The translations under genes and the position numbers were made by a program. A stretch of DNA of 64,000 nt from Geosiphon pyriformis uo1 (lineage: Eukaryota > Fungi > Glomeromycota), in contig JAAOMT010000607.1 of the NCBI GenBank assembly GCA_016748015.1, positions 310,001 to 374,000 on the forward strand. The letters are read 5' to 3'. The notes under the pieces were generated by a model that was not told the DNA's origin, ran no database searches, and saw only the letters and a program-made list of their open reading frames with translations. Shown one piece after another: positions 10,945 to 24,603 of the stretch. Position 1 is the first letter of the stretch; every line of letters starts with the position of its first letter.

Positions 10945-13900
10945 CTATGCACCTATATGTACAGAAACCACATCCCCAATGCCCGAAAAAAATAAACAAA
11001 GCTTATGAAACCCAAAACTAACCCCAAAAGCTTCAGCCACACCCAACAACCTAATCACACCAGCCAAGAACACCACAGACAAACCAGAAATTGACATAAG
11101 AATAAACCCATCATGTAGAATCAAACCACACCTCTCCATAAATGCCTAGTGTTTGGCATGGACCAACCAAATATCATCCTGAAACACAAGACAAAACTTA
11201 CACACAAAGCTCATAATTTTTTTAGTACCTTTCTTAGAATCTTTAAAAACTGAGACAGACTCATGAAACCAGTCATCAAAAACAAAGCTCTTACACAAAA
11301 CAACACCAATTTCAACCTCAGAAACACAAGAAGCCAACATTTGCAAGACACATGAAGAAGAGCAAGATAAACCAAAAAGAGCCTTCCAAGTTAAAGCATG
11401 AGCATCCAACAAACAAGCATGGCCAGTGGCATTATGAGGACATAAAAAGATGTAATCCAAGATTTCAACATCACCACAGAACAGACAGACCACACTGGAG
11501 TATCTCCTATCATATAAGTGCTTGTGCACAGCAACAGGAAGCCAATAATGAAAAGCCTTCATAAAGTAAGTATGACAGCTTGCCATGCACATGCTGGTGA
11601 AACTGGAGACCAAGTGAGAATCAGTATGCCACACCAAAGAAGACTTAAACCAATTAATATTAGCACACAAACTATCAGCCACAATGCGAGAACCAACTCC
11701 AACCTTCCAACGAGCTTGATTAACTGATCAGAAAACATCACAAACAAAGTGTCTAGAATTACCAAAAACTGCTGTACCATTAGCACACAGAAAATGTTCA
11801 CTGACTAAATGAGGCAGACGCCAAGCAGATAGAACAGCGTTTTTGGCAAATGCATTAGCATGCTTATTGCTTGAGACACCTGAATGATCTTTTATCTTAA
11901 CCCAATTCACATCTAAATTTTTTCGACGAATGATGGTAGTAATATGGCAACACTCAATCCAACAATGGTTCCTGAAATTCGGATAAATAAACAAAAATTC
12001 TGACTCATATGCATCCAAAGTGGCTTGGCTATCTAAAAACAAGTCAATTGAATGAGAAGAAGGGACACACTTAAGGGCCAAAGCTATGGCTTGCAGCTCC
12101 GTCATAATAGAAAAAACCAAACCAGACACCCCAACACCCAAATCCAAGTTAATGTCTTCAAAAAAAATGGCAGCACCTGCTTTCATGTCAATAGTGCCTA
12201 GACCAGACAGAGACCCATCCGTATACACAGAAAGGCAGGTAGCATCAATGGTCAGCAGAGTGTTACAAACTACACCAAAATTACAAGAAAAACGAACATC
12301 TGACACAGCATAACCATCCATCAAAAAAAAACTCAAGGAGAGGGGAACAACATCACCAAGAAAGTGAATGAAAAGATCAAATCAGAAAGGGATTAGGCCA
12401 CAAGGGTCCAGCCTCTTCCAATGCTTGAAGGTTCCCCAGCTGAAAACATTACTATCTCAGCCATGAAGCTGCTCCACAAAAGTAATTCCATAATGCCTGA
12501 GCAAAGAGACACACTTGAAAAAACAGGGTTCACCAAGAACCAAAGACATAGGAGTACCATACCGATGGCGAAAAGCACAAGCCAGAGAGCCATCCAAAGA
12601 CAAATCACACCCAAAAAAAATACGAACCACACCAGCCAAAAAATTGTTTGAGAGATTGACACTAATACAAGAAGGAAATAGCAAAGGATGATGCAGGCAC
12701 CAGCTGAGAACTTGAAGATTATAAGACCTATGAGAAAAAAAGTGACCCAAAATACTAGCAGAATTCACAAAAGTAACAGTGGATACCAATTTACTCTCAG
12801 CCTGAATCTGCTCAAAAGTCTTTAGACTGTATAATAAGGGGTGGTGCAGTGCATCATTGGGGAAATCACGGAACAACCCAGACTTAGATTTCAAGATCTT
12901 GCATACCAAAGCATCCCATTTGTTACAAACACCCACAGAAATGAAACTGAACTGAGTCTTATAGCTGATGATAGGAAACAAAACTGCAAACACCAAATAT
13001 GCACATTGTTTATCAGAAACTGCTTTTCTCAAAACCAGATTTACAAAAAACTGCACATCCGTCTAGGCTTTAGCTAAACTGGGCTTCAAAAGACCCTCGG
13101 AAGATAAAAAAATGCCTAAATAACGATGAGATTCCCCTTTCTTGGCAATAGAGATAGGCACACCACTGATAGTTAAATAAGGGTCTGACACCCGGCAATT
13201 GATGAGGATGGCCACTGTTTTGTCATTATTTACAGAAATATTGTTAAACTTAAAAAACTTACTAGCAACATCAAGGATGTGTTGTGTAGTAGCCTGGCTG
13301 CTACCAACCCAAATAGTATCATCAACAAAAGTGCTGGCAGCAAGAAATGAAGACAGCCCAGCTTGAGGATCTGCCTGGCCAGTTTTGGATATAAAATAAG
13401 AATTCAACCTGTAGTTATACACACTATTCTGTCTTTTGACTTCACACAAGAGTGAATCGTAGAATATACACCAGAGAAGAGGAGAGAAAACTTCCCCTTG
13501 GTCCAGCCCATCATAAACACAATACCCATCAGTTAAGCTGAAGTCAGTCATCACTCTGTTAATGTGACTATTGTGAATGCTACCAAAAAATCTAATAAAC
13601 TTATCACACATCTTAATTCTGACCAGACTCCTCCTAAGATGTTCCCAACCAACTAAGTCATAAGCCTTATACATGTTCTGTAAAACCAGCTAGAGTTCTT
13701 GGTTTTTTTCTAGAGCATCTTCAATTACTGAACCTACAGCAAAAATGGGAGACTGCATTGTTGTACCTTTTAAAACTGAAAAATTGTCCCTGCAAAGAAC
13801 ATCAAAAGTGCTGCAAGCCGAAGAAATTCTATCTAAGAGGATCTTGGAAAGAATCTTGCAGGCCGTTTCAATTAGAGCAATAGGACAAGTGTTCATGAGA

Positions 13901-15632
13901 ACTCCCTCCTATTCATATGGTTTAGGAATCATAGAAATCCAAGCTTCTCTCCAAGGTCCAGAAATTGACTCACTAACTAAACATAGGTTCAAAAGCACCA
14001 GAAGCATATTCAAAACTGATTTGTCACAACACTTCCACAATTCGTTAGAGATACCAGAAAGACCAGCCGTCTTTTTATCAAGAAAATTTTTGACGACTGC
14101 TGACATCTCATCAAAACTAATCGAACACATGATACTAGAGAAAACACTATCAAAAACATGCTCCAGAGGCCGATATTGGTGAACCCAATCTCCGGAGATG
14201 TCAGAAACCACCCTATGCTTCCTGGTCCACTCCTCTATGATTTTATCCACCTTTGACTTAACAGAGTTAGGCTCCAAAACCAACTTATCTCCCACAATCA
14301 AATGATTTAAGACTACCTTGCGAAAGGGATGCTTCAAAACACTCTTAATGGTGTGATCTTTGTCTAGTTCAAAACTCTCCATCCTCTTACTAATAGCCTG
14401 CTTGATCAAAGATTCTTCAGTGTGTTTGGATTCCAACAACTTAGAAGCACAGTACAACTTCCTTGCTTTGGCCAGCACAGAACAAATGAGACTAAAACCA
14501 GAACCTGAAAGAAACAGAGATCTCACCACCAATGCACCAGAGGAATCAATCTTATCCTATGTTTTCAATAATGAAGCAAAATCCCCACCAGAAACTAAGT
14601 AAGAATTCCTAACCAGCTTAGACACCAGCAGCTCCAGTTTATAAAACCTAGACAAAATCTTATTAAAAACACTATCAAAACTCTTGAACCATTTTTTTTG
14701 AAAGTTCCATCCACTGAAAGAACCATAATTTTCTGAACAATGTTCCATATCTCATCCATATCTGAAAATTTCTTAGCTATAACAAAAGCATCTAAAAACA
14801 TAGAAGCATTATTGGCTGTGATATTCTTGAACTCCAACTATTTCACCTCACTGGCATATTTGATGTCAAATTTCCAATGATTTCTGTTGGCCTGTTTGTG
14901 CAATGAAGATAGTTGCACATCCAATAACCCACTTATACCCACAGACACAGAAACAGCCTTATGATCAGTATCAAAAAAGTCATCAACACCAGCCACACTG
15001 CGATCCACAACCACGTTAATCAAATTAGAGGAGACAAAAACATAGTTAATTGTTTTGGCAACACCACAAGAATTGCACCAAGTTAGAGATTTCACAAACA
15101 AACTCCCGCCTAAAGAGTTGACCAAACCCAAATCAAAACACTTATTGAAACTGGCACATTTGTGAGAACCGTCCTCATTGAAATCACCATCAAGAATAAC
15201 AAAAGAAAATTCATTCATTGCTTTAGCAATGAAAGAGTTGATATTACCAGCCTGAGAGAAACAAACCACCGAAGAAGCACCAGCATACAGTCTTAGAATT
15301 GACACAGAAAGTTTGTTCTTAAAAAGCAGCCTCACCGACAAGAGCCAACCAGGCACCTCCAAAATCTTGCACACATGTCTCATCAACAAAGAGTTCAAAA
15401 TAATAGCAACACCAGATCCCATGTGACCAGAATCCAGACCAGAAGTAAAAATGCAAATGCCATCAAACTTATCAGTGATCCAAGAGCAAATTTTCCCCTT
15501 CAACTTTGTTTCAGTAACAATGGAAACCAGATTGTTCATATTCTTATGCCAACAAACAATGTCTGCCTGCTTTGCACAATTGTTCATACCTCTAATATTG
15601 CACGTAACAATATTCCATACTAAATGAGTCAT
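10945..15632 (-). pseudogene. LINE-a ORF2: APE endonuclease - RT - RNase H - C-terminal Cys/His finger
   Basis: APE: IVTCNIRGMN, VTETKL, DGDFNE, TINYVF, FDTDHKAV. RT: PIALIE, KAYDLVGW, GLDQGEVFSPLLW, FVDD, RYLGIFL. RNase H: VYTDGS, ELQAI, DSQA, WVKIKDHSG. CLFCGDVE finger. Confidence 0.93.
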
Positions 15633-17572
15633 TGAGATAACATAAGAGCTGACAAACCCAAACCAGAATACAGAAGATTCAACTTATCCAAAACCGAACC
15701 AACTGAAGCTTCCAAAGTGACCAATTTTGTCTCCAAACTGTTCACTTTGGCAGTAAAAACCTTGGAACCACTAGCGCTGAGGTTGACAACAGTATCATCA
15801 GTGACAGAGGGAGTAATACCAGAAAAACTCAAAGCATTGTCCACAATCATATCCAAATCTACTTTAGAACCCAAAGCTGCAGAAGCAATAGAAAGGGAGA
15901 CCAGGGAAAAAGAAACTAAAAAAACCACACCAAAGGAATCTAACCTAACCAGGATGCCAGAAACACAGTCAGCTAAAAGCTCCAAAGAGCATTCCAAAAT
16001 CGCCAAATGATCACTCAAATGGGAAACAACAAGAGGATCAAAGACCACTAAAGGAGGAACCAAACCAGAACGCAAACCATAACCAGAAGAACCAGAAAGA
16101 AACACATGGGAGAGAGTGCCACTAGCAACTTGGGCCCATGTCTTGCCACCAAACAAAACTGGACAAGCAATAGAAGCTGATTTCTTTTTATATATACCAG
16201 CCAGGTGAGCCCAATTCTGATCAGAAATTACTCTTTTCCCATGAGCACCAGAACTTCCATTCACAGAACAATCAGCATGGATATGACCAAATTGTTCGCA
16301 CTTGGCACAGCTAGCCAAAACAAGACTAGTCCAATGCAAACTAACACCCTTGAAAATCAGAATGGTACTAACAGCAGCCAATCTGGCAGTCTTATCATCA
16401 AAACAAACAATTGCACACCTATCACGAGTGTAAGAGACAGGATTGCGACCAATGAAACATGTCTTCCCATTATAAAATTCCAACAAATCAGAAAGATCAT
16501 GGGTCATTGTTTCCACTGGCAAAGTATACAACAAAGCCTGATACCAATCTTTGAAAACCCATGATTGTTTATCTTCAGTTGCTAAAGCCACTCGCACAGA
16601 ATCCTTACCCATGAAAACTAACCACTTGGAAGCAACCATGCCAGCTATTTCAGCTGACTTAAACTTCACTAAGGCCTTTTGCTATAAACCAACTAACTGC
16701 ATTCTGATTGAAACAATCTCACCAAACTTGGAAAAAACTGATTCCACAGCTGATTTGGAAAGATTGACCAGAATTTCTTTGACCACAATTTCCCAATTTG
16801 AATGACTGTTTACTTTTCTTAACTCATTATTAACTAAAATTTTCTCATTGACAGCCAAACCCTTTGCCCTATTCATACTAGCTTTTGAAATGAAAGTAGA
16901 TTTGATGATTTCAGGGAACTTTGAGGGAGTAAAAGCCCCTCCAAAGCCATCCACTTGATAAAAAATTTTTTTAACTGAAATCAATTTGTCACTAACAGAC
17001 TTTCCAGGCACAGCTGATAAATCTACATCCAAAGCAAATGATTTTATAGGCTTGAAATGACAACTCCCCAGAGCACGTGACTTGGGCAGCGGCAATTGAT
17101 TGGACCCACTAAACATACAAGGAGGGAGCTCCAGAGTGCTATCGTCATCATTCATGTGTCCAAAAGAAGGCTGCTTTGGTGGACTGCCTAGTAGATACGT
17201 GCAAGTACATGTCTTTCTCGGTGTAGTGTTGTCCATTTTGTCATCCTCACCTGACTCCGCAAAGCTGGTCTCTTTGGCAACCATATTTACCATGTTTTCA
17301 ACATCCGAGAGATTGCCCACACTGCTGGCAACACTGTCTACATCACTTTTCCAAGAAACCAAAGGCTTGTCACCAGCATCTCTAACATTTTCTAAGCTTA
17401 AAGAACCAGCAGACAAATCCAACACCACACTGACGACAGGTATTTTTGGCTTCTTATAGGATGCACCATGAGAGTAGATGGTATCCACACACTTATTTTT
17501 GGTGGCCAAACAGGTTCCCAAACCCGCCAAACCAGAACTCGGACCACCAGCAGAAAAGCCCACCAGTTCCAT
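15629..17572 (-). pseudogene. LINE-a ORF1 (gag-like; RRM-like region and CX2CX4HX4C knuckle), one in-frame stop
   Basis: Two in-frame ORFs separated by TAG at 16682-16684, where LINE-b has TGG (GMWQKA). Contains FSKFGEIVSI and CAKCEQFGHIHADC. Confidence 0.88.
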
Positions 17573-17701
17573 CGTAACAAACAGAAGTGTATTAAAAGAA
17601 ATAACTTAGAATGAGAAGAGAAAAAGAAAAAGGAAAAGCTATACTGTCAATATAATCTTCACTCTCGTTGTGGTCAGGAGATCGATGAGAGAAAGATATA
17701 T

Positions 17702-20700
17702 AATTGAAATCACATTTACACACCAGCATTTATCTAAAAATAGTACTGAAAATTTTAACAACAAAAATGGTTCAATTAGCATCTAAGTCTAATTTAGTGA
17801 AGAAAGAAATCAACATTAGAGAAGGAATAATTAATGCAGAATATGTAAAAAATATTATTGTAATACTACAAAATAATTCAGAAAAAATATATATAATTAA
17901 ACCAAATGAAAAGATAGTGCAGACAATATTCCTATCTTTGGTAAAAATAGCTCAATTAGTGCTAATAAGAACAAAAGAAGAATTAAGAATCACAGCCAAA
18001 GAGAAAAATAAATTCAAATCAATAGATAGAATAGACCTACTAGTCAATATGACAGAAAAAGAAGCAATTGATAAAGAAAAAATTATTTTCACTAATTAAT
18101 CAGTTTCTATTTTACTATATGACTAGCACATATTAGTAATAGAAAGAAAATAAAAGACCAGTCTCAAATTTTCAAAGCAGAACTAACTATTTGTAAATCA
18201 AAAAAAATTGAAATTACCAATTTTTATATACCAGCTAAAAACTATAAGCACATCAAAATTTCCATCTATAATACAACTAAAAACACCATTAAAATACCAA
18301 GCAAAACCACTATCAGATACTTGAATATTAAAGTTAAGGACCAACTACCAAACACAATTTCAGATTTTTTATAATTATGTAAATATGTGGATATTTTATT
18401 GCAAATCATATACAGACAAGAAAAATGTTATTTGCTCCAATCAGAACAATTGGACCAAATAAACTTGGAAAACTTAGACTTATTTCAATATATGTAGCTC
18501 AAAATCTTACTTAATAATTTCACTAATATTTTTGCCAATGAAAACAAATTTGGCAGAACTGATATTATCCAGCATTAGATTAAAACTAAAGATGTTATGC
18601 TAATTAAACAACAAGCATATTGAATACCATCAACAAGCCATAAGATTATCTAACAAGAAATCAACAGAATGTTGGACAATGAATTAATTCAACTATTAAT
18701 AAGTTCATGATTATTACCAATGGTATTTGTTCAAAAGAAAAATAGAAAAATCTGCTTTTGTGTAAATTACAAAAAACTCAACAATGTTATTCATGAAAAC
18801 AACTATCTAACTTCATGAATCCAAAAACTATTCAATATATTTAAAGAAAAGAAATAGTTTTCAAAATTGGATCTAAATAGTGGTTACTAACAAGTAGTCA
18901 TAAATTCAGTTAACAAAAAAAAAACAGCATTTACCATCAAAGAAGAGAACTTTAAATTTAATGTTATGCCATTTGGCTTAATAAATACTCCAGCCACTTT
19001 TTAATGACTAATAAAAATTGTTTATATTAGATTACTATGGAAATCAGTAGTAGTCTACTTAGATAACACCAATGTATTCTCCAAAACATTTGACAATTAT
19101 CTTTATCATTTTCAGTAAGTGTTTGAAAGATTAAAAAAAGCCAGATTAAAACTAAATACAAATAAATACTTCTTTGATAAAACAGAACTGAAATTTTTAG
19201 GACATGTTGTAAGCAAAGATGGCATCAAAATAGATTCAAAGAAAATTGAGATAATTAAAAACTTTTTAGTATTAACAAATCTAACAAAATTAAAAGCATT
19301 CTTAGAATTTGCTGAATACTATTATTGTTTTATCCAAAACTTTTCTAAACTGATTCAATCACTTTACCAGCTCCAAGCCAAGAATACAAAATATGAATGG
19401 ACTAAAACACAACAAGAAGCTTTCGACATTTTGAAAAGAAAACTTATTCAAACCCCAATATTGATCTATTCAGATCACAGCAAATCATTTATTATTACTA
19501 CCAACACATCAAGTCAAGCATTAGGAGCTGTACTGTCTCAAAAAAAACCAGATAAAAGAGAACACCCAGTAGTATATGCCAGCCAAAGCTTAAGCCCAGC
19601 TAAAAAAGATTATAAAACTTCAATATTAGAACATTCGGTTATCTATTAGGCTGTCATAAAATAAAATAAAATATTTGAGTCAAAAATTTGATGTATACAC
19701 TAATTACAAAGGATTGACATCAATCCAAAAGCAAGAATTTGAAGACAACTACCATGAAAGATAGAAAATAGAATTATCATTATTCAATTATATAGTACAT
19801 TATAAAAAGAGAAAAAAAACACAAATGCTAACAGTTTGTCATGAATGAGACAAATCTAAGAACATTTCAATCCAAAAATATAACAAAAGATGAACACACA
19901 AAAATATCAACAACTCTAATATTTTATTAATATCCAATAGTTCAAGAAAAAATTATCTCAAAAAGAACAAAACAATATAAAACAGCAAACAAAATATTTT
20001 ATCCCTTATCAAAATACATTATATCAGAAGAACAGAAAATATCTAGATCAGTCATTTAAAATTATCACAAAACCAGAAAAAGAAATAATACTATTTAATA
20101 TGTACTCAGATCTAACAGCAGGATATTTTTATAAAAAAGCAACCATAGAAAAAACCAGAAAAAGATACTATTGGCTATCTATGTATCCAGACATCATTTA
20201 ATATATGCAAAATTGTAATATTTGTCAGAAAAGAAAAGGAATAAGACCTAATAAATCACTAAAACCAATTAGAATAGAACAACTATTTGATCAAATTGGA
20301 ATTGACTTAATCAAACCATTAACAATAACCAGCAGAAAAAATTTTTATATAGCAGTAGTCATAAATTATCTTATAAAATGACCAGAAGCAAAAGCAATAC
20401 AAAAAGCAAATACAAAATTCATAACCAAATTTGTCCACCAAAATTTGATTTGTTGACACAGATGTTCAAAAAAATTATTATCTGATCAAAAAACTTATTT
20501 TATAAACAGAAAATTAACAGAATTAAGTCAAAGATTTAAAATCAAAAAACTATTATTATTATTTTATTATTTACAAACAAACAGCTTAATCAAAAAGTTC
20601 AACAGAATATTATGTAAAACAATAGCAAAAATCAGCCAAGAAAACCAAAACAAATAAGATTTATTTATATTATCAGTACTATTTGCTTATCAAATAATAA

Positions 20701-21273
20701 AGCAAAATACCATATAAGCAATACTATTTGACTTTGTTTATAGGAGAACAGCAATATTACCAATTAAAATAGACATCAACACATATCTAATAGAACCAAT
20801 AACAAAAGTCAACTTCCAAAAAACATTGCTAAGAAAAATGTACAAATTAATTAAAATTTTAGAAAACAAAAGACAAAAAGCAGTTAATAATATACAAAAG
20901 TCATAAGTAAAACAAAAACAACAACACAATAACTAGTTACTAAATAAACCAATCAATTTTAGAATTGGAGACAAAATATTTTTATATTATACTAAAGTAG
21001 AAAAACAAAGGAGTAAAAAATTTGATTTCAAATAAAACAGATCATTTTACATTGAAAAAATTCTAAAAAATAGAGCTTATAAACTAAGATAGAACAACAA
21101 AATCTTAGCTAAAGCAGCACATAGAGATTAACTGAAATCATATTACAATATAATATTATTATCTATTAGTAATATTCCACAACTGAAAATACAATAAATA
21201 TTAGTTCAACCAGAAAAAATTCCATGAGATCTAAAACCAATCATAATTATTAACACAAACATATCAAATTGAG
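17702..21273 (+). pseudogene. pol: pol of copy B (rest of dUTPase, RT, RNase H, integrase)
   Basis: VQLASKSNL..GIINAEYV; VVYLDNTN at ~19050; KTELKFLGHVV; integrase remnants. Confidence 0.9.
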
Positions 21274-21325
21274 ATAGTAAAAAAGTATATAAAAAACCAA
21301 TACATGTGACAAAAACAAACAAAAA

Positions 21326-21968
21326 ATGGGAATTACCAATAACATTTACTCACTTACACAATAATTGTTTCAACTGATTTATTACCAACAACTAAACATG
21401 AAAATTACAATTAATTAATAAACCATTCAGTACAAAGATAGAGAAAAAAAGCCAAAACACCAATACAAAAAACACAAAAAATCAAAAAACATAGTAGATA
21501 ATATACTAGCAAAAGTAAAATTATTAATAGAAACACCAAAAACAACAACACCATATAAAGAATTAACAAAAAAAAACTGGAAATAATGGACACAACAATT
21601 TTCAAGAAACTTTTGCTATTACTACTTGAGACAAAACCTTAATATTCAGAACTTATATATTAACAACACAAAATGATTGTTTAACATAATAATATTATAT
21701 CAACTTAAACAATTTGTGAAAAAGAACAACCTATCTATATAAGCATAAGTTATACTAGTTACAAACAAAATTTCAAGACTGATCAAAAATATTATTTTAT
21801 TCAACAATGAACACAATAATCATTAATAAATTGAGAAGAATTACCAATATTCAATTCGAAAAATTACAAATTAAAATTTTTTAAGTAATTCTTGAAAAAA
21901 AAGTTAAGAAGTTAATTTAAAAAAAGGAGTTAAAAAATTTAAGAGATTTTAACAGAACTCAATATTAA
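21326..21968 (+). pseudogene. ORF3 of copy B
   Basis: Starts MGITNNIYSLTQ and ends DFNRTQY* just before the PPT. Confidence 0.75.
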
Positions 21969-21978
21969 AAAAAAATAA

Positions 21979-22774
21979 TGTTATTCATAAAAATTTAGGA
22001 ATTCTTAATAAGAATATAAAGTAGCTAATTAAAAATAGGCATAATAAAAAAAAAAATTTTAGAATTTCTGGCTAAAAAAATTAAAAAAATTCAAGAAATC
22101 TTGTATAACTTTAATTATGTATATATAGTAAGAGTATTAAAAGCAAAAAAAACAGAATTCAGTTCAGAATAATACTAACAATTAATTAAATTATTTAATA
22201 CTCCTCTCTTTAAAAGTAGTTTTTTACAACTTAAAGTGGAATCAAATTACATATCAATAAAATATCAATTATTACCTGAATTCATGTTAGTATTGTTTAA
22301 TTAAAGAATATTAATTACTTCCATTCTATTAATACTTCATATTAATAGAATCCAACATTTAACTACATTGAATCAATAACTCTTGATCACAGCTATTAAT
22401 AGAATACCAATTTCTTATTTTTTTTTATTTTCTTTGATTTTTTTTTATTTTGTTTTATTATTTTGTTGTTTACTAATTGATTAAAAAATTAATGCATAAA
22501 GTTATTAATGTCAAAAAAACTGATAAAAGACTTATAAAACAAAGATAGAAACTCAAAAATTGAGAATAACTTATTAGGAGAAACTGGCCATTAAGCTAAA
22601 AAAAAAAATTTATAACTTAAGCTTCTAGAAAGATACTGAAACAACTATTGAATCTCTGTTTATTATATAAAGAACTTAACCAAAATCTTCAAATTTATTA
22701 ATATTATTCAGCTATTGAGCACTAAGTTACAGGTTTGTTATTTGTTCTAACACTTTAAATAATTACCTGTAATA
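21979..22774 (+). repeat. 3' LTR of copy B
   Basis: TGTTATTCATA start after an A-rich PPT; ends ACCTGTAATA (mutated ..TAACA); homologous to the other family LTRs. Confidence 0.85.
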
Positions 22775-24603
22775 CTAACAAAAAACTTTTAACATATTAA
22801 AAAAAAGCTTATTTAAGTTTTAGTACTGATCTATTTAGATTACAACAAACTATTCATTATTATTACTAATGCATCTGGTTAAACATTGGAAGCTGTATTG
22901 TTACAAAAAAAAATAGATGAACAAAAACATCCAGTAGTATATATTAACTAAAGTTTAAGTTCAGCCAAAAAGAACTATAAAACTCTAGCATTAAATACTT
23001 AGCTATCTATTGGGCTGTTATCAAATAAAAACAATATTTGAATTAAAAGTTTGATGTATACACTAATCACAAAAAATTGACATTAATTTAGAAGCAAAAA
23101 TTCGAAGACAATTGTTATACAAGATAAAAAATAGAACTATTATTATTTAATTATACTCTTATAAATTAGAATAACAAACTAATGGATAGCAAGAGAGAAC
23201 AGGATTGTAGGGTAATGAAAGAAATCAAAGGGAATTCAACTTCAAAGAGCAAATTAAATGAGTATAGATTTAACATGTAAGATCAGTTTCATAAAATATC
23301 TCAGTCACTATATTTTTCAAAAAATAACTGAAGAATTTGAAAGTAGAGAAATAATTTGTACTGTTAACAAATAATCACTTACTGGTATAATTTTATGCCT
23401 TATGTCAACACTTTTAGAATTCAATATTAGATATCAGATGTACTTTTTAGTCATGTTTTATTCAATAATCTTCAAATACTGTAATTATACATTTCAGAAA
23501 AAAGGTCGGAAATAACCAATAAATAATTTTTTATCTTTAAAATGTTTAGATACTTAAAGGTAAGGAAAAAAAAATTAGTGATAAGAGAAAAATTGAGATG
23601 AAGTTGTTATTTTATTTTTTTTCTTTCTTTGATTCTTATATGCACTTCTATAGCTATTAAAAGTGGTTAATGATCAGATCAATAATCAGATTAACAGTTA
23701 GATTATTAATCAAATTAATAATTATTATCTAAAAATAGATTGGCTAATTATATGATATCAGTGGCTAATACATATAATAATTAATAAGAAGTATAGATTT
23801 CAACCATAACAATACTGTACATTATAAAAAAGAAAAAAAAATGGAAATGCTAACAGTTTGTTATAAATAAAACAAATCTAAGAACATTTTAACCCAAAAA
23901 TATAACAAAAAATGAACACACAAAAATATTAACTACTCTAATATTATATTAATACTCAACAGTTTAAAAAAAAATTATCTCAAAAAAAACAAAACAACAT
24001 AAAACAACAAGCAAAATATTTTATTACTTACCAAAATATATTATATTGAAAAAAAAGAAAATATCCAGATCAGCCACTCAGAGTAATCACAAAACCAAAG
24101 AAAAAAACAATACTATTCAATATGTATTCAGATTTAACAACAGGACACTTTTATAAAGAAGCAACTATGAAAAAAACCAGAAAAAAATATTATTGACCAT
24201 TTATGTATTCAGATATTATATAATATGTTCAAAATTGTGATGCTTATTAAAAAAAAGGAGAAACAAAATTTAGTGAACCATTAAAACCAATCAAAATAGG
24301 ACAATTATTTAATTAAATTGGATTGAATTAATCAGATCATTAACAATAACCAGTAAAGACAATTAATATATAGCAATAGTTATAGACTATCTTAGAAAAT
24401 GACCAGAAGTGAAAGCAATTCAAAGAACAAATACAGAATTTGTAGCTGAATTTGTAGCTGAATTTGTTTATCAAAATTTGATTTGTTGACACAAATGTCC
24501 AAAAAAATTGTTATCAGATCAAAAAACTTATTTTGTAAACAAAACATTAGCAGAATTAAGTCAAAAATTTGGAATCAAAAGACTATTATTATCACTATAG
24601 CAT
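22775..24603 (+). pseudogene. pol: Ty3/Gypsy copy C fragment (RNase H to integrase core), host of copy B
   Basis: Begins mid-pol (QEAFDTLRRKL-equivalent) directly after B's LTR. IITNASG, HPVVY, KWPE-type remnants. Confidence 0.85.
23157..23811. mobile_element. Solo LTR of an unrelated family (655 bp) inserted in copy C
   Basis: T(C)TTAT...ATAACA termini. 4-bp TSD ATAC at 23153-23156 and 23812-23815. Removal restores the host frame NYTVHYKK. Confidence 0.75.

Larger units (their letters stand above)
10812..17701 (-). mobile_element. Full-length LINE (non-LTR retrotransposon with RNase H), LINE-a, ~6.9 kb
   Basis: 9-bp TSD AATTGAAAT at 10803-10811 and 17702-17710. Poly(A) tail seen as a T-run at 10812-10821. 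ORF1 plus ORF2 present. Excising it restores dUTPase ..AIKLKSHLH. Confidence 0.95.
9880..22774 (+). mobile_element. Ty3/Gypsy copy B (3' half), host of copy A and interrupted by LINE-a
   Basis: 9880 onward aligns with the Cys-rich pol region of D (~39863 on). dUTPase is split at 10811/17702. RT-RH-IN 18500-21270, ORF3, PPT and 3' LTR follow. Confidence 0.9.

Noticed and set aside
11352-17459. Many plus-strand ORFs over LINE-a (and antisense ORFs over the gypsy pol genes)
   Set aside because: Shadow ORFs opposite real coding frames; no motifs and not conserved between copies
21411-21605. Hydrophobic minus-strand ORF that looks like a membrane or Env peptide (also 20738-20929, 44059-44334, 46411-46611)
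   Set aside because: Hydrophobicity comes from reading A-rich sense sequence as T-rich antisense codons
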